Of a stretch of 64,000 bases of DNA, positions 53,582 to 61,251 are shown in pieces. Under the pieces are notes generated by a model. That model did not search any database, had not been told where the DNA came from, and saw only the letters and a program-made list of their open reading frames with translations. The stretch lies in the IMG/VR virus record IMGVR_UViG_3300037499_000265, positions 1 through 64,000 of that record; one strand, written 5' to 3'. The position numbers were made by a program, and so were the translations under genes. Positions within the stretch are counted from its first letter, which is position 1, and each line of letters opens with the position of its first letter. The stretch is from a virus.

Positions 53582-53923
53582 TTATTGTACTTCGAGCATT
53601 TCTGGGGCTATTCTTACGGGTCGTTCCACCGTGTCCGTTAGGCGGATCCACGGCTGGTAGGTGTCAGGTCCGGCGAGCACGACCGTGCCGCCGCCGAATG
53701 ATCCGATGAGGATGGCGACGAAGAAGTCGCCGGTCACGCCGGAGGCCTGTGCGTCGTTCCAGAGCGGGGACTGGTCGTCCTCGACCAGGACAGCGGGCTC
53801 CCACTCGGTGGTAGGACGAACGCCGGCGTCCAGGAAGGCGACCTCCTGGTCCGTGGCGGGCGGATCACCGGTTATTCCGAAGAATACGTATTCAGTTGTC
53901 TCGCGCTGAATGACCAGAGTCAT
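53582..53923 (-). CDS. tail-region (fiber/baseplate-associated) protein
   Basis: position; RETTEYV...YQPWIRLTD. Confidence 0.7.
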   Translation of the reverse strand: MTLVIQRETTEYVFFGITGDPPATDQEVAFLDAGVRPTTEWEPAVLVEDDQSPLWNDAQASGVTGDFFVAILIGSFGGGTVVLAGPDTYQPWIRLTDTVERPVRIAPEMLEVQ

Positions 53924-53940
53924 GACGTTATGTCCTTTCT

Positions 53941-55596
53941 TTACTCCGGTCCGACCTTCGGCCCGGTAACCAACCGGCGATAACGTGGCCCAGTCATAAC
54001 CCTGCGCACCCCGACTCCGGTCGCCTCCGGTGTGTCCTTGCTACCGGCGCCTGTGACCACAATAGTGCTACCAGCACTCCCGACGTCTTGAACGTCGATG
54101 GTCACTCGACCGGGTCCGATCACGATCCGATGACCTCGAGGACCGAAGATATCCCGAGAGACTGCCAGGCCGTTCACGACCGGTTGCGCTTTGGCGGCGA
54201 TACCGGTGATGTCGACACCGGTGATGATGGCCGCCTCGGTGATCGGGCTAGCCGTGGTGACGTTCTCGTCCGGTGCGGACAGCCGGAGCCCGCTCGGCCG
54301 GTCCAGGTGAACGGCATCGAGAGTGACCACTCCGGCCGGACCGGACAGCCGGATCCCGTTCGGCGTGTCGGTGACGAGGGTGGCTGGGAACGCCTCTGTG
54401 GTGACAATCTCCGACGGGCCGGACAGGCGAACCCCGGTCGGAATGTCGAACCTGACGGTCCCGATCGTGAGCGCCTGTGACGGTCCGGACAGTCGAACGC
54501 CTGACGGATTGTCGTTCAACGTCATGTCGCCCGGCAGCGCGGTGGTGACGGTCTCTGTCGGCCCGTTGAGTCTTACTCCGGTCGGAGTGTCGGTGAGAAC
54601 GACGTCGATCGCTGTCGTCCCTGCCGGGCCGCCGAGGCGGACACCGGTCGGGAAGTCTTCCAGCGTGAAAGATACGACGACGTCCAGCGCCGTCACTCCG
54701 GACAGGCGCAGACCGGTCGGAGTGTCATTGATCACTGTGGCCGGCGCGGCGTCGGTCGTGACGGTCTCAGTCGGTCCACCAAGGCGTAGGCCGACCGCCT
54801 TGTCGTCGATGTCCGTCTCGATGATGATCTCGACATTGCTCACGCCTGCCATACGCAGGCCGGTCGGGGTGTCGTCGATCGCCACCGGGTCACCGCCGGC
54901 GGCGGCGAAGCTGAACCCTGGCGGGTCGTCGTCGGTGACTACGGCAGTGCCGCTGCGAGATACCTCGTCTGCTCCACCCCCGGTCTCATCCTCAACCAGA
55001 TCAGTGACTGCCGCCTGATTGAACAACTGGAGCATGTCTGGTGACTCGGCCAGCCAGTTCGCTGCCGAAACTTCGAGACCAGCCGCCTCAAGAGCAGCAT
55101 CGCCGGTGGCATCGGTCGACCAGGGGATCGAGTTCCATCCAGCTCGTATAGCGACCAAACCGTCGTAATGGTCGAAACTCTGCCAGCGAAACCGGATGCC
55201 CCCACCTGCCGCCGTGGGCCAGTCAGCGATCGACACCGTTCCAGCGGTATGTGTCCACGTCTCGGCAGTGAAATCATAAAGCGAGAAACGAGCCACCGAC
55301 GAACCAGCAGGCTTGCGGACAACTACCAACGCCCAGTCGGCGGTGTTGGCCCAGGTGATAGCCGAATCGGAGTCAGGACCGGTGCTCTGCCAGATGTGCA
55401 ACTGATCGGTGCCGCCGTTGAAGGCGAACTGATTGACCGGGTCACCGCTCGAATTGTGCGTGGCGAGGATGGTGTGCCAGGTACCGGTAGCGGCCCGCTT
55501 GACGATGGCAGCAAACGTTCCCGACGTACCCGACCCCAGCGTTCCAACTGCTGTGATCAGGTCGTCGGAAGACCCATTAAGCTGACGGACCGTCAC
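53941..55596 (-). CDS. minor tail protein: LamG/ConA-like N-terminus plus D.PTG.RL.GP repeats
   Basis: AAIVKR...WALVVV...RFSLY; 9 repeats. Confidence 0.75.
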   Translation of the reverse strand: MTVRQLNGSSDDLITAVGTLGSGTSGTFAAIVKRAATGTWHTILATHNSSGDPVNQFAFNGGTDQLHIWQSTGPDSDSAITWANTADWALVVVRKPAGSSVARFSLYDFTAETWTHTAGTVSIADWPTAAGGGIRFRWQSFDHYDGLVAIRAGWNSIPWSTDATGDAALEAAGLEVSAANWLAESPDMLQLFNQAAVTDLVEDETGGGADEVSRSGTAVVTDDDPPGFSFAAAGGDPVAIDDTPTGLRMAGVSNVEIIIETDIDDKAVGLRLGGPTETVTTDAAPATVINDTPTGLRLSGVTALDVVVSFTLEDFPTGVRLGGPAGTTAIDVVLTDTPTGVRLNGPTETVTTALPGDMTLNDNPSGVRLSGPSQALTIGTVRFDIPTGVRLSGPSEIVTTEAFPATLVTDTPNGIRLSGPAGVVTLDAVHLDRPSGLRLSAPDENVTTASPITEAAIITGVDITGIAAKAQPVVNGLAVSRDIFGPRGHRIVIGPGRVTIDVQDVGSAGSTIVVTGAGSKDTPEATGVGVRRVMTGPRYRRLVTGPKVGPE

Positions 55597-55613
55597 CTAC
55601 AACCTCTTTCCTG

Positions 55614-55883
55614 TCAGTCCTTCAGGAGTACGAACGTCCATACCATGGTGGTGTCGTCTATTCCGTCATGCTGGACGATTCCGATAAATCGAGGTCCTTC
55701 CGAACTAGGAGTAATACTCGCTGCGATCATTCGAACATCAGGATTACTGAAACTGGTATATCCCCAACTAATAAGGGTATATCCCTCCGGTGCGTGGAAC
55801 TCGTACTCCGATTCCTGACCCGCAGGAATAGGGAACTTCTGATGGATATAATCAAACTCTAAGACACAACGGACATCAGGCAT
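55614..55883 (-). CDS. small AT-rich inserted gene
   Basis: GGAAGAAA upstream; codon usage differs from flanks. Confidence 0.5.
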   Translation of the reverse strand: MPDVRCVLEFDYIHQKFPIPAGQESEYEFHAPEGYTLISWGYTSFSNPDVRMIAASITPSSEGPRFIGIVQHDGIDDTTMVWTFVLLKD

Positions 55884-55895
55884 TTTTCTTCCTTC

Positions 55896-57263
55896 CTATG
55901 TTACTTGCAAAACGAGGATCCAGGCATCCTCACCCAAAGAGTTCGTGCCGGGCGTGGTGTAGTTCGCCCCTACCGTCTCCGGCGTCGTCGAGCCGTCCAC
56001 CGGGTCGATCCATCGGGCCGTATAGCTTCCGACGAGTTCGGTGTCGTCGACGGTGATGGTCGTCGAGACCGGGAAGTAGATGACCGCCAAGTCGCCGGCC
56101 GCGTTGACCGCGCCGGTGACATAGTCGTCCTGGGAGTCGGAGGCGTTGTACTCCCCGCCACCGCCGCCAGATCCGCTCACGTAGTCGCCCTGGGTCCCGC
56201 GGCCGGCGGTGAGTAGGGAATCGTCGGTGTCGGGGACCAGCAGATGCCAGCCGGACAACGCGGCGAAGGTGTCCCAGACGGTCGGCTGGTCAGAGTTGGA
56301 GAAGATCTCCGACGTCAGGTTGGTCAATGCACTGGACGCCCACGCCCACGTTCCCTCGGAACCGTAGATGCTGCCTCGCGCGCCCGACGAGAGAGCCCAC
56401 CACACCAAGTCCCGCATGACCTTGCGGTCGGGAGCGCTGTTCTGGTCGAAGTGACCGTCGCCCCAGACCACCAACAGCGGGGACGCCTCGCCGTAGGCGT
56501 AGTTGATGCCGCGATAGATGACGTTATAGGAGTAGACGAAGTTGAAGTCCGCGTTGTCGTTCCCAGTGTCCTGGAGGCCGTCGTTCTCTAGGTCCCGGCG
56601 AGAAGTGGTCTCCGGATAGTTCTGCACACCGAACAGGTGGGTGTCGCCCTCGGCACGGATGGCCGTCAGCACCGCCGTCAGCCCGGTGTTGAACGTGTCG
56701 AAGTAGTCGCCGCCCACCATCCACACCAGATTCGACCGGTCCTTGTAGCGGGCGGCCAGTGAGGTTCCGTAGTCGGTGAAGTCTCCGGTGGTGAAGCCGG
56801 ACAAGACTCCGATATCAAGGTCGGTGGAATAGGCGACGTTGAAGAACACGGTGATGCCTGCGGCCTCGCACAGATCGAACAGGTAGTCCGACCGCTCCCA
56901 GAACTCGCCATTGAACGCTGCCGGGTCGCCACCGGTGAACGGCGACACGCCGTCCCAGGTGTCCCCGTTGTCGAACGCGCCGCCGTTCTGCTGGTTGCCC
57001 AGCGGCTCGGTGTACAGCACGTTGACACCGAGGGACTCGAGACCGCTGACCGCGCCTTCGAGATCGGACTCCCACGTTCCGCCCCAGCGGCCGGCGTTCA
57101 TCAGCAGGCCCCACAGCACATAGCCTCGGACGAGAATCGGGTTGTTGTGCTGGTCGACAAAGTGCTGCTCGGTTCCGGACCCACTGATCAATGTGACGAA
57201 TGACGAGTCTAGAACTGTGCGGACTGACCGGATGATCTCGATGTGCAGTTCGTCAGCCATCAT
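55896..57263 (-). CDS. DUF4038 (apiosidase-like) glycoside hydrolase with C-terminal collagen-binding-type beta domain, in tail block
   Basis: FVDQHNNP...FNGEFWERSD...YKDRSNLVWMVGGD; AVIYFP...YTARWIDP...DAWILVL. Confidence 0.7.
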   Translation of the reverse strand: MMADELHIEIIRSVRTVLDSSFVTLISGSGTEQHFVDQHNNPILVRGYVLWGLLMNAGRWGGTWESDLEGAVSGLESLGVNVLYTEPLGNQQNGGAFDNGDTWDGVSPFTGGDPAAFNGEFWERSDYLFDLCEAAGITVFFNVAYSTDLDIGVLSGFTTGDFTDYGTSLAARYKDRSNLVWMVGGDYFDTFNTGLTAVLTAIRAEGDTHLFGVQNYPETTSRRDLENDGLQDTGNDNADFNFVYSYNVIYRGINYAYGEASPLLVVWGDGHFDQNSAPDRKVMRDLVWWALSSGARGSIYGSEGTWAWASSALTNLTSEIFSNSDQPTVWDTFAALSGWHLLVPDTDDSLLTAGRGTQGDYVSGSGGGGGEYNASDSQDDYVTGAVNAAGDLAVIYFPVSTTITVDDTELVGSYTARWIDPVDGSTTPETVGANYTTPGTNSLGEDAWILVLQVT

Positions 57264-58378
57264 CCTCCTCCCGGCGGTGTCCACCACGGCGCTGCGCCAT
57301 GACGTCTCTGAATTATCACCCGATCACGTGTGTGCATCACAGCCGTCGCGATGATTTCCTCCCAGCTGTCCGGAACGGCCCAGAGACGAAGAGCGGTCGG
57401 AGTGTCGGTGATGTCCATCGGCAGGGTGGCTGCGGTCTGAACAGTCTCGACCGGACCGCCGAGACGCACGCTGTTCGGCGCGTCGACCAGCACCAGATCC
57501 GGGACCACTTCGACGCCCGGACCGTCCAGGCGTAGCCCGGTCGGAACGTCGAACAGATCGACACCGATATCCAACGACCCCGATGGCCCGAACAGGCGCA
57601 GTCCGGTCGGGAAGTCGTCCAGATCGACACCGATGTCCAACGACCCCAACGGCCCGAACAAGCGCAGTCCGGTCGGAACGTCGAACAGATCGACCGGCTC
57701 CGTGACGGGCTCGGCTGCGGTGACGGTCTCGGTCGGCCCGGTCAGTCGGGACCCGGAGGACGTATCGACAAGAACGACATCCACGACCAGCGACTCGACC
57801 GGACCTGACAGCCGGATCCCGGTCGGGGTGTCGGTAACCTCTGTCGGCGAGGGAGCGCCCGCCGTGTACTCGCCGGTCAGCTGTAGAGCGGTGACTCGTT
57901 CTTCAACTGAGTCACCGCCCTTGTTGCGAGTGATACCGAACCGCAGTCGTAACAGTGCGCCATCCCAGATGGCCTTGGCGTCGTCGGTATCGACTCCGGT
58001 GAACTGGAGGACAGCCGAGGTCGACGGCGTGTGCGCGATGTTGGACGCAATGGTCCGCTCGTTCGTCAGCGGTGTGGTCAGGTCGGATCGTAGAATTTGA
58101 ACGGTAAGGGAGTCCCAGGTGTTGTTACCAGGTGCCGCGCCCAGCCCGTACCGTATCTGAACGAACAAGGTGTCCATCGACCCGAAGTCGGCGGGCGTGT
58201 TGCCGAGCGAGAAGACGGCAGTCCCGGTGTGCGTACTGTTCTCGGTGTCGTGAACGTTGGTGCCGTCGTTAGCTCCGGCAATCGACTGGAGCACGGGCTC
58301 GGTGCCGGTGAAGTCCGTGAACTCTGCCTCGCCAGCCACGAAGTTGCCAGCGGTGATGGTCGGTAGGTCAGCCATCAC
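57260..58378 (-). CDS. minor tail protein with D.PTG.RL.GP repeats
   Basis: 7 repeats; 66-bp tandem DNA duplication at 57555-57690. Confidence 0.75.
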   Translation of the reverse strand: MMADLPTITAGNFVAGEAEFTDFTGTEPVLQSIAGANDGTNVHDTENSTHTGTAVFSLGNTPADFGSMDTLFVQIRYGLGAAPGNNTWDSLTVQILRSDLTTPLTNERTIASNIAHTPSTSAVLQFTGVDTDDAKAIWDGALLRLRFGITRNKGGDSVEERVTALQLTGEYTAGAPSPTEVTDTPTGIRLSGPVESLVVDVVLVDTSSGSRLTGPTETVTAAEPVTEPVDLFDVPTGLRLFGPLGSLDIGVDLDDFPTGLRLFGPSGSLDIGVDLFDVPTGLRLDGPGVEVVPDLVLVDAPNSVRLGGPVETVQTAATLPMDITDTPTALRLWAVPDSWEEIIATAVMHTRDRVIIQRRHGAAPWWTPPGGG

Positions 58379-58640
58379 CGATCACCTCACACACAACGCA
58401 TGTCTCTCCGGCCGGCGGCCAGTCACCACAGTTCAGCGACGGGTTGAACCGCTGCCAGAATGGACGTACGTGCTCCAGATAGCGAGAATCGGCATGAACC
58501 TTGTCCCACGAACCGAGTTCGCGGCGCAGGCCGCACACCCAGTGACGACCCTGTACGGTGTCGATCTCGAGGAACCGGCAGATCTCGCCGTCCACCCAGC
58601 AGCAGTGGTCGCCGACAGTGAGGCCAGAGCACAAGGCCAT
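58368..58640 (-). CDS. small 8-Cys protein in tail block
   Basis: GAAGGAGG RBS; HCCW...C...CG...CGDWP...CVVC. Confidence 0.7.
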   Translation of the reverse strand: MALCSGLTVGDHCCWVDGEICRFLEIDTVQGRHWVCGLRRELGSWDKVHADSRYLEHVRPFWQRFNPSLNCGDWPPAGETCVVCEVIGDG

Positions 58641-58669
58641 GGCGCACCTCCTTCGGAGCGAGTCGAGGA

Positions 58670-59299
58670 CTACGCCACGAAGAAGTGCAACAGTCCTTGA
58701 GCGTCGGGGGTAACGGTGAACGCGCCGCCCTGGCCGGTCTCGTCGGTGCCGAAGTCGACCACTCCGATGAGCGGGTTGGTCGCTGTCGTGCCGGGCTGCA
58801 CGTCGATGACGACCAGGTATCGCGCGGTGAACGTGGCGTCGGCCCAGGCGATCGGATCACAGTCGATGACCACGATGGCCCGTGCGACACACTCCCAAAC
58901 GACCGTACCGCCGTCGGCAACGTCCTCGCCGATAACAGTCGGCCAGGTCGCGGGCTCGGTACCACTCGTGGTGCCGGCGGTGACGCACCGATACAAGAAC
59001 CCGTTGCCGGTGGTCGGCCGGACCACATAGTCGGCCTCCACGGCGGTCGTGGCCGCCCAGGTGTCAGCCCAGGAGTTCGCTGAGGTCGTGACGACGGTCT
59101 TGGTGGTCAGGAGTTCACCATTGGTGGTGTACCCGTCGCCGTTGGCGACCTCGTTGGCTCCGAGATCGTCCTCGTAGTCGTGGGTGAGCCGGTCGAGCGT
59201 GTACGACGATGTGTACAGCTTGGCTCGGACGGCATCAGTCAGGAAGTTGATCTCCTCGCCGAGCATCTTGCTCGGAGCCGGAGCGTACCACTGTGCCAT
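58670..59299 (-). CDS. tail protein with inserted CBM5/12-like module
   Basis: WAATTAVEADYVVRPTTGNGFLYRCVTAGTT...WPT...DGGTVVWEC inside a ...YLVV...NPLIGVVDFG framework. Confidence 0.7.
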   Translation of the reverse strand: MAQWYAPAPSKMLGEEINFLTDAVRAKLYTSSYTLDRLTHDYEDDLGANEVANGDGYTTNGELLTTKTVVTTSANSWADTWAATTAVEADYVVRPTTGNGFLYRCVTAGTTSGTEPATWPTVIGEDVADGGTVVWECVARAIVVIDCDPIAWADATFTARYLVVIDVQPGTTATNPLIGVVDFGTDETGQGGAFTVTPDAQGLLHFFVA

Positions 59300-59570
59300 G
59301 TCAGGCCCTTCCTTCTAGAAGATCAGCGGGGAATCCAACTCGACGAGATCAGGATCTCGGGAACAGTGAAGCTTCCAACGGCGTTCTGTCACCCCGAGTG
59401 TAGCCGGTTACTACCTGCTCTACCTGGGTAATCGTGTCGCTCAGCGTCCCGGTTCCGCTGGCGCCAACACCAGACCGCAGCGTATCCTGAACATATATCG
59501 GCCCGGCCGCGAGATGGAAGCTCGCAGACCGGGCCTTGGTACCGACTAGCTAGGAGGTCAAGTCAGCACC

Positions 59571-60152
59571 ATGACTCTCATCGTAATGGCCAGACGCATT
59601 CTCATTACGGCCGCAGTTGCAGTTGTTCTCATCGCGTTCGCCGTCACCGTCTCCGCAGGCAGCGGTCCGACCGCGGCCAAGGCAACGTACGCTGTCGTGC
59701 CGGAGTACTGGCTTGGCTACTGGCCAGGCAATCCGACGCTATGCGTGCTCGACCGAACTGACGGGATTCCAGTGGCCGAGGCTGTGGCCACATTCGATCG
59801 CACCGTGGTCGATTTGGAGGTCCGGGAAGGCTGCAGCGACACCCAGACGGTCATCGTCTACCTCGATCCAGAGCCCAGCGACTATGCCGCTTATACCTAT
59901 CGTGCCGACCGTGGACGTTACGACGCCGACGGGATGTGGGCGATGGCCGGCGTCGTGTGGATGCGGGTGCACGCGGACCACTACGAGATGACGCGCGAGG
60001 ACTGGCGGCGACTGCTCGTCCACGAGCTGGGACACGCCGTCGGCCTTGCTCATACGACACGACAAGATTCGATCATGAACGTGGATCGGATCTATGAATC
60101 GGACGGTCTGACTCAGACGGATCTGACCGTGCTGGAGCGGTTGTATCGGTAG
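59571..60152 (+). CDS. secreted metzincin (matrixin-like) zinc metalloprotease, moron-like
   Basis: signal peptide; HELGHAVGLAH + Met-turn DSIMN; AGGAGG RBS; opposite strand. Confidence 0.85.
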   Translation: MTLIVMARRILITAAVAVVLIAFAVTVSAGSGPTAAKATYAVVPEYWLGYWPGNPTLCVLDRTDGIPVAEAVATFDRTVVDLEVREGCSDTQTVIVYLDPEPSDYAAYTYRADRGRYDADGMWAMAGVVWMRVHADHYEMTREDWRRLLVHELGHAVGLAHTTRQDSIMNVDRIYESDGLTQTDLTVLERLYR

Positions 60153-61251
60153 GCTTGCGCTTCGGCAGCGCAGTCGCTTCGACGCTCGGCCTCTCGGGTG
60201 GCTGGAATCCCTGGGTTGCCGCCCAGGCGGTGAGCGAATCGACCTGATGGCGTAGGGTCTTGATCTCCTCTATCGCAGGCAGGACCAGCCGGTCGTAAGC
60301 GATCGAGAATGGTGCTCCGTCTTTGTCGTAGTTGACGAACGCACCGAGCCCGATTTCGTCGAGCTCCTCGGCGATATACCCGACGTTCCAACGATCGGTG
60401 GCCGGATCCCTCTCGACCTCACCCCGGTCCCGCCAAGTTCGAGGCTTCAGATCGAAGATGGCCCGCGAGGGAATGTGGAAATCACGGATGTCGGTCTTGA
60501 AACGCCGAGCTGAGGTCTCTTCTGCAATTCGGACCCCAGTATAGATCACATTTGTGCCAGACCCGGTCGACATGTTAGCAAGAAAGTAGTCCCCTGATCC
60601 GGCATCTAGGACCACGTCGCTGGTGCCGCCGGCGATCATGAACGCGTTCCCGGCGTTTAGGGAGAACCTGCTGCCGCCTGGATCGGGCATCCCCATAACG
60701 ATATCTGCGCTGCGGATCCTGATCTGATCAGCGGGCACATCAGAATGGCCAATCTGGATCAGGTCACCAAGTACAATGATTTCCTCGGCCGGGTGTGCGG
60801 CAGTCCCCAAGTTAATCTGGTCGGAGATGGCCCAGAAAGCTCCTAGATTGCCCAGCTCGGAGCCGTTGACGACTTCTCTGGTCCCATCAGGTCTGACACT
60901 GAGTGAAACGACATTCACTCCGTTCACGTCCTGGACTACGATTCCGTGGCCCAGATCTAGACCAGGCGCCGAACTTTCCGGGCTTCCGACAAGTGTGCCC
61001 CAACTGACAGCTTGTTCCCCGCCAGCATAGAGGGCCTTGATGCTGGACCCGTTACTAGCAACGAAATCTCCACCACCGTCAACAGTGACACTGCCGCCGC
61101 CGAACACTCGTAGCCCGCCAGCTCCGATCGAGGCAGACGGTAGTCGGCGGCCGGTCTGCAGTTGACGAACGTCCGCCTGCAATGTCCGTTGGTTACGCAT
61201 GAGGTCACCACTGGAAAACGCGGCATCGCCGATATGATCAATTTCCGTCAT
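60073..61251 (-). CDS. minor tail protein with C-terminal intramolecular chaperone (Peptidase_S74-like)
   Basis: SARRFKTDI...LKPRTW...GYIAEEL...IAYDRL...EIKTL. Confidence 0.8.
   Translation of the reverse strand: MTEIDHIGDAAFSSGDLMRNQRTLQADVRQLQTGRRLPSASIGAGGLRVFGGGSVTVDGGGDFVASNGSSIKALYAGGEQAVSWGTLVGSPESSAPGLDLGHGIVVQDVNGVNVVSLSVRPDGTREVVNGSELGNLGAFWAISDQINLGTAAHPAEEIIVLGDLIQIGHSDVPADQIRIRSADIVMGMPDPGGSRFSLNAGNAFMIAGGTSDVVLDAGSGDYFLANMSTGSGTNVIYTGVRIAEETSARRFKTDIRDFHIPSRAIFDLKPRTWRDRGEVERDPATDRWNVGYIAEELDEIGLGAFVNYDKDGAPFSIAYDRLVLPAIEEIKTLRHQVDSLTAWAATQGFQPPERPSVEATALPKRKPTDTTAPARSDPSESDRPIHRSDPRS

Noticed and set aside
59340-59545. Stop-free minus-strand frame (YVQDTLRSGVGASGTGTLSDT...) between tail gene and protease
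   Set aside because: No usable start codon or RBS. It may be a gene remnant but this cannot be supported from the sequence alone.
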